DNA from: Chrysomallon squamiferum
Lineage: Eukaryota > Animalia > Mollusca
Direction: 5' to 3'
Length of the DNA stretch: 64,000 bases
Assembly (NCBI GenBank): GCA_012295275.1
Contig: CM022672.1
Location: forward strand, 6,944,001-7,008,000
A program made the translations under genes and the position numbers. Numbering within the stretch: position 1 is the first letter of the stretch; every line of letters starts with the position of its first letter. A model generated the notes under the pieces. The model was not told where the DNA came from, searched no databases, and worked only from the letters and a program-made list of their open reading frames with translations. Of this stretch, positions 42,613 through 55,700 are shown one piece after another.

Positions 42613-45600
42613 GTAGTATAAATATTGGTGTCAGAAAATATTTGATTCTAAACTGTTTCCCTTAGAACATGTATAACTAGTGTCAGAAAATATTGATTCT
42701 CCCTAGAACATGTATTCATTCCCCCTAGGAATACCTCAGATGTATTTCTGTATTCTGTTTGTTTTAATTACTGTCACACTGTGACTCTGTTGAAACTAAA
42801 AATACCACTGAAAGAAAGATTACAAAAACAGATTTAAAACTGTAGATACATGCAGAAGATACAACTGGGGATACAATTGACTGGGTACATGATTACTAGT
42901 CCTATATTACAAATAGGGATATTCTTATTCTTTGTAAATGAAGGTGAAAACATTCATCCCTAAACCCATTTTTCATTGATAACTCTTTTATTATTTTTAA
43001 TCCTATTATAGGTCTATGCATGCCCTCTCTTTGAAATATATTGCTTTGTGTCTCAGTCTTTTAATTAAAGTTCTACAATAACAGAACATCTGATGTTTTT
43101 GTCAAAACGTCTGTACCTAAGTTGCTTGTTTGACCCTGAAGTGTCAAAATATGTCCCTTGATGAAATCATTCATTTTGATGTACACCAATGATTATGATG
43201 ATGATGATTAACTAATGAAGCAGTCCAGCTAGAAATGCCATAGGTATTCTCATGTTCTCAAATTGGATAAACATGCCTTGTAAACAGTTTGTACTATCAC
43301 TGTTAAAGTGGTTGAAAAGGGTTTCTGAATACATAGAGCACAATGTTGTGTTATTATTGAGTTCATAAAACATAAAGACTTAGAGGAAATCAGATAAAGT
43401 TACAAGGAAATGCCATGTATATTGTATAATCAGCATGCTAAGTTATGTGATAGTCATAGTTCCATTCTGTGTAAAAAAAAAAAATTGAGAAATTTTCTAT
43501 TTTATCTGAAAGAAGCAAAGGGCTTTAAAATCAAAATTCATGATGTCCTTTATGGTTTTTTTTTTGTAAATAAATTATATATATATATATATATATGAGG
43601 GCATTATATGTTAACTGTGCAACCAGCAATCGCTGAATAACAGCTTGTCTCTTAATCATATGCTCATCCTGTACACATACATGTAATAAAAGTATATTAT
43701 TCTGCAGAATAACCATTCTCATCTATTTATCATTTAACATTAAAAAAATCAGAAATTTAAAGGAGGAAAGTTATTCAGGCCTGGATAATCTATGTTCACC
43801 TTTGTGCAGCTTATGACTTCCTTTTTCTAATTCTTAATTCCAGTTATCAAAACACACAGGACAGTTAAGACACTGACATAAAAATATTGAGGAAAATAAG
43901 TATAAAAAAAATAATTTTATCCACATTTGAAAATTTCACCCAAATTCTATTAATTAAAGCATTGGTAACCAATAGTTCCTCCATGTTTGGGGGGTGGAAC
44001 AAATATTTGGGGGAATAAATGTAGTTTTACACCAGCTGCCTTCATGGCACTGCTCATTTTCCCAAAAACATATTTCCAGTAGGGTCTTCTAAACAGTTAA
44101 TAACTATATAGATAACAAAGAATGTTGGACAAATGTTGCTGGACAGAACTCACTGAACAATTGCTCACTCAATAAAATATAACAGACCACCAAAATGTTA
44201 AGAAAGATTTGAAAATATAGGTGACTAAGAATTAATTTTGTTATCATATTTATTTTATATTTATCTGAGATTCCCAGTCCCACTTGACCATTTACAATAC
44301 AATAACCTGAAATAAAGTGTTATTGATAAAAAAAATCAGCAGTTGTATTATCAATTGTCCCATTTCTCACTTTGTTGGTGAGCAACTGTCTAGTGAAAAA
44401 TTGTCTGGTACAGTATTGCCTGGTAAGAAATTGTCTGTACAGTTTTGAAGAACTTGTTTTTGTTTTTACAGGTTAACATTGTAGTTTATTTACTGTTAGG
44501 TCAGCTTTCAATATAATTTCAAAATAAATTTTATATCAATGGTTATTATATCTTTATATTTGAATGTTTTTACCTATAAATAAACACCCAGTTCAGTTTA
44601 TCAAATTAAAACTTGACCACAGTTTTTAATGTTGATATAAAAAACAAATACAGTTCAGGTAACAATCATTGGGTAAATATTCAGATGTTAATTTGTTTTA
44701 AATACTTGAAATATAAAATAAATAAACATAGTAGAAACACAGATAACAATGATTGAAGGTTTTGACTGTTCATAAAATAACCAAATTGATTTAAATATTG
44801 TATAAAATAAAGAAAGAAAGGTAACATTGGTTGCCATGTTTTCAAATATTCAGGGGAATGATGTTAATTTGTGTTTAAATACTGAAATATAAAATAAATA
44901 AACATAGTAAAAACACAGATAACAATGATTGCAAGGTTTTGACTGTCAGAAAAATTATGTTAAATTGAGTTTAAATACTGAAATATAAAATAAATAAATA
45001 AAATAAAAACACAGATAACATTGGTTGCCATGCTTTCAACTGTTCAGGGGAATGATGTTAATTTGTGTTTAAATATTGAAATATAAAATAAATAGAGTAA
45101 AAAGACAAATAACCATGGTTTTAATGTTTCAACTGTTAAGACGAATGATATTAAATCTTTGCTTAAATGTTGAAATGTAAAACTAAAGAAATACAGTAAA
45201 AACAGTGAAAACAATGGTTGCAATGTTTCAACTATTAAGGGGAAAGATATTAAATTATGTGTTTAAATATTGAAAAATAAAATGAAAAAATATAGTAAAA
45301 ACACAGATAACAGTAATTGCAAAGTTTCAACTAATTAGGGAAATGGTGTAAATTCTCTGTTTAAAGCTTTGTGTTAAGTGACTTCACTGCAAAACAGCAC
45401 CTAATAGAGTGTAAGTAAGATCACACAAAACAAAGCTAAAATCATCAATAGCTGTTCTTTGTTTAGTCCACTGAGTGAATAATATTCAGCATATTTATTT
45501 TAGTAATTATATTCTCTATTTAGTTGTATCAATAATTTGTTAGTTCTCTGTATAACTGTCTTTTGGGAGGACACTTCTAAATCTGTCCATGTGTGTGTGT

Positions 45601-46228
45601 GTGTGTGTGTGTGCGTGTGCGTGTGCGCTGCAGTCAAAAATATCACAGTGAATACTAAAATACTAATTTTGGTTCATGTGTGTGAATGTTTGTGACAGTC
45701 ACAGTGATTCTGAGTTTCTATGTTACACCCATCTCTTATTTAGGTAGACATTTTAGGTAGAAACCCTGTATGTAATAGCTACTAACCATTTTGTAATGTA
45801 ACAGAATATTACACAGAGTTAAATTTTAAGGTTACATAAAACTGTAGAGAATTCAGATTCATAATATTGTTTGTTATATAGTAATAAACATTTATAGTAT
45901 TTTCCTATAGGTGACATTTCTGCATGTGATTTTTTTTCACATGTGACTGAAATAGATGACATATATACAATTATTGAAAGATGAAAAAATGGCACTTATG
46001 TGGTTCAATAAATCTTGTTGCAAATATCTAAATATCATTTTTGAATTTCACTTAAACTATGCTATGGAACTTTTGTCCCAATTTAGTATTTATTACAACC
46101 AAGGTAAAGAGATCTTACCTGCTGTTTTGCAATTTCACCTTTAACAAGATGGATGTTAATTGTTGATGATTTGTGGGTTGACGGTGACGTTCTGTCTCCT
46201 ACAAAATAATAATAATAATAACAATAAA

Positions 46229-46275
<47 letters not shown>

Positions 46276-49200
46276 CAACAAAAACAAAATAATATAAAAA
46301 TAAACAAAAAGAAGAATACACATTAAAGGATTTGGTGAGAAAAAAAGTCTGCTGATTAAAACAAGAATATGTAAAAGAACAAATCCAATTTATTTTCTAA
46401 AGCCATCTTTAAAATATTGCACTTAGTAAATCAGTGTGCAGTTAAATATCAAGCAATAAGTACAACACACAAAGCTGAAATTTTATGCCAGAATCTTTAC
46501 AAATCTTTTTTATGAATCTATCATTACACACAGACTTGGATGCAATACTGATATGACATTGACACAATGCGTGAAATTCTTACGTCTGAATCCATCAATA
46601 TGAAACAATTGTAGCATAACAATGACACTGACATGAAATATAGTTTTATATCAGTTTATTTTGTCAATGAAATGATTTGAATATTTATTAATACCAAACA
46701 ATCCTGTCCACTGCACAAGACAGTGTACAGAAAAAACAGGACTGGAAAAAACATCATCAAAAATAACAAAGCAGAAACAAAACAGGCACATGGATAAAAT
46801 GGCAGTATGGAAATAGAGAAAATATTGCAGCCATTATTTGAAACATTATTACTATTGGTGTGACTGGAAATAGAGAAAATATTGCAGCCATATTTATAAA
46901 AAATTATTACTATTGGTGTGACTAGGAATGACATCCTTAAATCCTCAGTTATATTCATTCACATTTACCTTCTCTTTCATGCAATGCTTATTGACTGTGT
47001 ACTTGATATTATGTGGCTTTTAACGGATTTATACAAAAAAGTATAATATAATTCTATAACCATCACTGAGTAGATGTACTTAATAATTCAGTTGAAAAAA
47101 ATAAATTAATTAATGGATATAGACAAAATCACATAAAACAATAAAACAACAGCAAAATTGATAAAGTAAATAAAAAACCCAATAATAATAAAGAATTCAT
47201 GAAAGTTTAAGATTAAATTTAAAATAAATGTAAATTTATTTGAGATAACTTTGTTAAATGTGCATTAAAAAATATAGATTATTCCACCTAATTTTTATTA
47301 GAGTCTTAAGACATAGATAATCTGTGATGTATTCTGGTGACTTCTCTTCAGTATCATCTAATGTATTGAAATAAATATTGTAATTAATAATAAAAACCAA
47401 TACACACACATAAACGTCTCATCATACTTAATTACACTCAGAAATGCTTTAAGATTAACGACCTACAATTTTCACAAATTCATAGAGCTTTATTTACTGG
47501 GTTCTATTATTTTACTCCTCGTTTTCATATAGCTACTGTTTCAGTGTCATTTATTTTCAATTTTTAATATATAAAATACTGAAAACTGAAATTTGCTACA
47601 AAATATGTTACATTTTTTAACTAACTCAAAAAGAAAATGAGTTGGCTGTGGATGACTTAATCAAGTCCTATAAGAATTCTGAATTATATTTCAAATTCCA
47701 TTCTTACATGTAACCCTAAAATACCAATAAGTAAATATAATAATGTTAAAGGAGAAATTTCTCTACCTTAAAATACTGAAATGAAGACAGGTTTTAACTA
47801 TTAACTAAGTGTATAGCTAAGGAAAATGGTTTATATATTTAGATGTAATCGTATTAACCTCTTTTCTTTACAGGTGGTTTTGTAAATGAGTTTCCATCCT
47901 TCATCTGTTCATTATGTCCTCCAAACACCTGCTTTCCAGCTGACATGAAAAACTTGACTGTATTTATGCTTGAGTCTGTCAGATAAATTTCATGAAGACT
48001 GCTTGTTGGAAAGTCTTTGAAGTGTTCTTTTATGGCTTCAACAATAGCAGCTGTTGCTTTATGCAGAGGATAGCCATATATTCCACAACTCAAGGCAGGA
48101 ATTGCAATAGAGTGACAATTGTTATTGTCTGCAGCTTCAAGACTGTTGAAAATAGCTTCTCTCAGAGTTTCCTCTTCATTTTTGTGTCCCCCTGACCACA
48201 CAGGACCTACAGCATGGATGATCATTTTACATGAGAGTGAACCAGACTTCGATATGGCAATATTCCCAGTATCAACATTTCCTTTGTTTCTAACATAATT
48301 TCTGCACTCATCTTGAATAGATTTTCCGCCTTAAAAAGGAACAAAATAAAATTAAGCCATATTATTTTAGAACTAAACCAAAATTACATAAAAACCATTT
48401 TTATGTGCTTAAATCATTCAGTTTAATTACAGTGAGACTTCACTAATCCTAACTTCTGACTAATTTAATCTAAATTAATATAATTCTGTACAGAAAGGTA
48501 ATAATTATTGTAATTATCTACAATTTAAAGAAAAGCAAAGAGAGAGATAATACACTGAAGAAATCATGAAACTTTAACAATTTGTGTAAAACTCACTGTT
48601 CATTTAAAAAAAGCTTAAAAATTATTTAGAAAAATTCTAAAAGAAATAATATTCTGTACCCATCTTCAAAATAAAAATGTGAGGCAAAAATACATGAAAT
48701 AGAAAATTCATTTAGTTTGTTAGCCATAAATTTGGCATTGTATCATCAGAACAGTTTTTCAATAAGAAGAAAATAGTTTGTTAAAACAGATTGTAATAAT
48801 TGGCTATAATAGTCAGTGGTATGTTTATACTACAGTTGATCCTACTGACATCAGTGTTTTCAAATTTTGTGTTTAATGAGTTTATTAAACACAGCAGTCC
48901 AAATTCAAATTCCTAGGTTAGTGGAAAATATATTTGTAGAATATTGCTTGTTTTCATAATCAGACTTTTTCAGATTTAATACATTCTTTTATAAATTTAC
49001 AGAAAGGTTCATTTAAATACAATGATTGTAATGATGTTTCGTGGTATTAAAGGTAAAGTTCAATGAAATTAAAGCAGATAATTAGAAATATTTTACCTCT
49101 GTCAACAATAGCTTTGGCTAAACCACCAATGTGATCCAGTCTTTCATTAGCTGCATTTACAATCACATCAACTTTCATTTCAGTGATGTCACCTTCAACA

Positions 49201-52200
49201 AAAAACAGTTGTCGTTGTCCTGGCATGATGCAGTTTCCTGCAACCTTCACACCTTTACCTGCAACTGCTGTAGATTCCATCACACGCTTATTTCCAACAG
49301 ACATTTTTTCACTGCTGTCAAAGGATTTTTCAATAATGCATTTTTTGATTTTTCCAAGCCGTTGATGAACTGAATTCCTTTCTGTGACTTTAAGAGTTTT
49401 TGAATTCCAAGCCTCTTGTGTAGAAACATTCTGTGATTTATCTTACTGGCCAAATCTTCTAAGGCTTTCATTGCTGCATCCATTCCAAACTTTGTAGCAT
49501 TTATCGTAAACTGCTCTCCTGTTTTAGAATAGCTAATCTGCACTTGAAGTTGTTTTAAATTGTTTGTGATTTTGCTGATGTTTTCATCACAATATTCCTG
49601 CAGAAATCGCTGGATGCCTTTGGGAAAGGTGACTGTTTGAACAAAGATGGTATTTTCAGTAAAAAAGTTACTGATGTCTTCAGAAACATTTGCCATAACG
49701 TCATCTGTAGCAGTAATAACAACTTTTCTCATTTCCTGTTGACTGATATGCAGAAAGTCACCATGACTTTGACTCAATCCACTGATAAGATTTGACCACT
49801 TGTCTGATGAGAGCAGAGTCAGTGACTCGGGTTCAAGTGTGCAAACGTTCTCAATGACAGACTGTTTAATAATGTTTGCCACGTGAACAGCATCGTCATC
49901 ACTGAGTGCGAGGATTGCAACATCTTTATCAGTAACTTCCCAGACACCAACCAGGTTTTTCTTTTTAATTTTCTTTACGATGTAGTCACGAACACATTTC
50001 TTATCAACCATTTGCAGCTGATCTGCAGAAAAATCAGCCACTCTTGACTGTTTTTTACTTTGAAGTAATTCATACATTTCAATCTGTGCAGTTTTGACAT
50101 CTGCAATTATTCCAACAAAAGATATTTCTATTTTGGGTAATTTAATAGTTACTGTTAGATCAGGATATTTTTTCTTCATTAGCTTTGGAAATCCATGGGC
50201 TAAAAGCAAACGCAACTGAATTGAATCCACTTTATTAAGAGTTTCAGAAACTTCCTGCTTTCTTCTTTCGTACTCTTCCTCCACCTCTTTTACCACAGTT
50301 TTAACTTTTTCAGCCAAACTTTTATCTTGTTTTGCAAAACCAACTACCATGAGTTTTGATGAGTCTTTGCAATCAAACAAACCAGCACAATTTATTTCAC
50401 CCAGATCCAGTTTTTTGTGAACCTCATCCCATGTGGCTTGAAGAATATTTATTTCTTCCACCTCCAGCAAATTTAAATATTCTTTCACTGCACTTTCAAC
50501 ATTAGCAGCCCAGCTGCGAGAGAGTGTTCGGACACTGGGCACTTCTTCTGTGAGTGTACACTTAAGTAAGATAGTGGTATCATCTTCTTTCATCCAGTTC
50601 AGTTCTGAATAACAACCCTTTAATTGTTTCTCAAAACCTTCCCTTGCAAATCTGTCTTGTTTTATTAAAGCTAATTTGTATTTATCTAGATCAGTTACAG
50701 TGAGTGGATCAGGCATCTTAAACCAGGTTGGATCACACATCCCTCCTCCAGTTCCAAGACATTCATGGTAGATGGAAACATTCAAAGTGGCACCATCAAG
50801 TCTGTGACCTTTAGGATGCTGAAGAATCTGTTCAATCACTGGAAATAAATAATAACTGATTCTTGATAACTTTTCTTTTTTTCATATAATTTCATTCTTG
50901 GTGAACTGATAATGACTGGAAATGAATTATAACTTCTTCTTTTTTTTAAAATTAATTAATATCATTTAAAAATGATGTAGATTCATCACTTTTTAAAAAA
51001 GAAATTCTTTTTTTCAATAAAACCTGTTCATCCATTGAACTAAACCCATTTTTTTGTGTGATGTTATTATGTTTCTCTTGAGACAGGATTTTAATTAAAA
51101 ATGTTTCAGCAATTGGTTAGATTTTTACCTCTGTTATACCATGGATTTGTACCGTTTGTCTGATAATTTTGACTTTAATAATTATTTACAAATTAAGATC
51201 AAATTAAAATATTTGTTGTTTTATAAAATATAAATTTTTAAAAATTTCAGTCTTTTCCAGAATTATTTTAATACATTAGTATTTTATTTCAAGAAAACAA
51301 GGAACAACATAAGATGTTTGATTTACCGGAATGGTCTTTAAAGTATACCAAACAGCAGCCATCATCTGATTTGATTTGCACCTTCTCAACTTCAACATTG
51401 TGCACATTACCAGATCTTTTTCCCTCAAAGTAGTACAAGATAGTATCCTCACTGGTCTTTGGTTGGACACCTCTAACAATAATACTGTTACTGACTTCAA
51501 TTCTGCTCACTGTCAAGAAGTTTCCTTCTAGTGGCTTTTGTGAACATACCTTCTGAAATCTTTCTATATCTGAAAATTTTTGATTAATATTATATTAAAA
51601 GTAATGATTAAGAGGAAATATTAATGTTTCATGAGAGTCAAAAAAAATAAAAAAATAAAAAAATAAATATAAAAATAAAAATCCTAATTAGTCTTACTGC
51701 TGTATTAAGAACTGGTTTAAATATTAAATCTGATGTTAACAACACATGAAAAATAACTGTTTGAATAATAGAAATCTCTAAACAGATCAGTCAAGAAAAT
51801 ATTTTAATCGTTTTGTATCAACTCTTTTCTTTTTTCTTTGCTGAGGTATTTTATATTCTCTCTATATTGTATGTATATTTTTGGAGTAAGATTTAATGTT
51901 AACATCCACCTTTTCACAAGATATTCAAGAAATCAGATGTCCAAAACTACCAAATAGGATTTTTCTTTGTATTAAATAACATGTTAGCTTATAAAAATAT
52001 TCCATCATTAAGACTGAAACAAATAATAAACATTCAGTCAGCTATACTAAAGTTGCATATTTTTACATAGCCACTGAATCAGTATATGAGCAGTGTTAAC
52101 TTAGTAAAATACCTGGCATCTTGGTAAAATGGACAACAACAGTTCCTTCTTCATCTCCATAAACAACTTTAGATTCATCAATCTCACAATTTCCTTTGGC

Positions 52201-52728
52201 TTCCAAGTAATTTATCAAGCAGTCTTTTGTGGTTGTACTTTTGATTCCAGTGATCAGCAACCTGTCGTCATAGGTAGGTCTAGGTTTTGGTGGAATGTAA
52301 AGTCTCACCTCCAGATTGTGTCCCTCTATCTTGTGTGACATTTTTACAATCTTTTCAGCAACTGTAATAAAAATAAAAATAAAAACAAAAATAAAAATAA
52401 AAATAAACACCAACAAATAATAAATACTTAATGTAATATATATTCTGAAATTATATCAAACAAAAGGATATTTGCATAGTCGTGTGTCTACTGGCATGTT
52501 AGGTAACACAACTGGATTAAGATTCAAACAAGATAGAACTAAAAAATGTAAAGAATGGGAAATGAAATGTGCAAAAGCTGTTGAATTTTTATAGACACCA
52601 GTATCTTTGTTGCAATATCAATTACTTCCAGGAAAACTTGATAAAAATTAAGTTGCCTTAGTGCCTCCATTTTGAAGGAAATATTTTGCACTAGTATACC
52701 AGAAATATTAAAATCTGAAACCTATATA

Positions 52729-52776
<48 letters not shown>

Positions 52777-55700
52777 CACAATCTATGCATTTCTGGGTGA
52801 ATGACCCACATGCACAGTAAAATGCATACAGAAACCCTGACTTCAACTAACTGTTAATTTTACTTTGTTAAAGGAAGAAAAACTGTTATTCAGTAGATAT
52901 GTTAATTTTTACCTTCAAGATCTTTGAATGTTATATGTATTACACATTCATCTTTATATCTTTTAAAGTCAAGTATCTCTCCACCACCCTTCCTGGGATT
53001 TTCAAAGTAACATTCAATGGTGTCATCACTTGTTTCTGGTCCAAAACCTCTGACCTCAATGGTACTGGTTACTTCTTCTTTCTCAATGTCAGATACATTT
53101 TCATTCAACTCTTCTTCCTTTCTTTCAGGCTTGTGAACAGATACTTCCAAATGTCTTTTCCCAATTTTATGTGGAGATTTTTCCATGACATTAGTAACCG
53201 CTGAAAATAATAATATTTTATTTCGTTTTATAATTGAAATCATACAACATTTATATATTAAAAATACTGAGGTGTATTGTTAATTACAAGATACTAGTAT
53301 TTGTAGTACGAGAATTAAGTAATTAAAAACAAATAAAAGTTGTATCAGGCATTAAAAATTAATTTCAGTTTACTATATATATTTTACACAGAAAGATAAA
53401 TGTATGTTTAATGCCTGATTTATCTGTTTCGTTTCGCATTATTAATCAGATAATGTGCTAAATTAATATTTTATCCAGCATTATATTGTAAATGAGGAAT
53501 TAGACTGGAATATATTAAATATGTTTTACTCACTTTCAGCAGTAACAAATGTGATGTAGATAACTCATTAAACACCAATCTTATCTACCTTCAGAATGAG
53601 CAGTTCTGATGTAAATAATTCATTAAATATACTTTTTACTCACTTTCAGCTTCAACAAATGTGATGTAAATAACATCATCTTTTCTTCTTAAATCAGCTA
53701 TTTCTCCTCCACCTTTCTTATGATTTTCAAAATAACATTCAAAGGTGTCATCACTTGTTTCTGGTTTGAAACCTCTGACTTCAATGGTCTTAGATTCATC
53801 TTCATCATTTTCAGACAAACTGTTGTCCGTCGTGTCTTCCGATCTTGTTTCTGTCTCATAAAGAGACACTCCAATGTTTGTCTTTTCTAACAGATGATGT
53901 GCTTTCTTCATAATTCTGTCAACAGCTGAAATACATTAGCACTATAGACTTTTTCCATGTTAGGATAACTGTTATATGGTCAGAATGTTTCAACAAATTG
54001 CATAAAAATAAATTATAGTTTGATGAATTTCAGAAATAATGTCTGTTTTGTCCAAGCCTTAACTGTTAGGTTTAAAATAATTTTAAGTTATGTCAACTTG
54101 TATCTTATTGTATTGTATGTAATAATTCATGTTAAAGGAAACATATGTAAATAAATTCCGAATTTTATTATTTTATTTGAGTGGCTTTCTTTATTATGAC
54201 AGTCAAACAGCTGATTATCTTACTGCTTCATAAAATCTCCCCATGTGGTTATATAAAAGAGAAAGTTTCCTACTTTAAAGAAGCAGTTTAAATAGAAACA
54301 GTGAAAGAGAAAATGTACAGTTTTACTATTAACAACAATTAAATAAATAAATCTTATTTTACATTAAAATATTCACTCCAAAAATAGTTTCTTTTATCAT
54401 GAGCACTGGTTTTTTTTTTTTAATGCTGGAATTTAAAATATTGACTTGTTATGTATTGACATATCATTATATTATACATATTACTTAGTCCTCATTCTGC
54501 CCAAAGAATAGACTTGACTACCTTTGTAAGTAGACCAATGTTACTATTACTTTTATATAGACTAACTAAAGCACTGAAAAGTTACATACAAATATAAGGT
54601 AAAGGAATAGATGTTTCTCAAAGATATGTATTTTGTTTATTATGACTTTACCAGTTACATATACAAATTTTAAAGCATATATTTCTAAAATTATTGTTTT
54701 TGACAACAGCAAGAAAAATCTTTCAGCTAATCTCTTTATCCTGTATGTGATGATGTTGTCAATAAGATTTTTATATCTGTACTTGTTCATTTGTACCAAG
54801 TGGTATTGATTAAGATTCACTGGCAAAAAGAAATTAAGGAATAATTTGGAAATATATATATATATTTATATATGTTGTGTGTGCGTGTGTGTGTGTGTGT
54901 GTGTTTGTGTGTGATATCACCCATGAAACATTTCACACTTATTATTACCATTTTCATCTGTAAAGTAAATAATAGCTGACCCTTTCTCTTCATTCAAGGT
55001 CAAAGTACTAATTTCACCTCCTCCACTTTTGCGTCGATTTCCAAAATATGACCTTAAACTTTTCTCAGATATTTTCTTTGACAATCCAGAAACAAGAATT
55101 GCTTTTACTTCTTTTTTATCTTCAGATTCATCTGAAAAATTAAATGTTTAATATATAGAATAGAGAAATAATAACCATTGTTTCCTGTTCTATCAAGGTC
55201 AGTATTTAAAAGTAAGTGCAAGCAAATTAGGTTAAGATGACTGCCTCCTATTTGGAAGTTTCTTTAGCCTTCAGAACTCTGTGGTCATGTGACATGATCA
55301 TATGTGGCAACTACTGCCTAGAATTTAAGGTGGAATATTTTCAGAGGGCAAGGCACTGCACTCTGGCACTTGACATTGCAGGACCTTAAGCATTTTTATA
55401 TTTGGTTAATAGTAGTTTCATACAAGTGATACAGATCAGCTAAAACCAGTAATTAGTTTAGGTTTATTGCTTTCATTTTAATATGTCTACTAAAAAGAAT
55501 AATTAAGATATTATATATTAAAGATGAGACAATAAATATAGTTTATTTGTGGATTTTTATTTATTTTGAAAATGCTAGCCCACAATTTGTTAAAGGCTTG
55601 GCATAATCTTAAATAACAGCAGCTTCAATTTATAATAATTAACGGGATCTGTATTAATCTCCACATGAAAATATAGGCATTAATGTCATGGATGTCTGCT

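Noticed and set aside
44120-44445. Degenerate inverted ~15-bp repeats suggesting an old MITE in a PARP14 intron
   Set aside because: Too diverged to define termini or a TSD.
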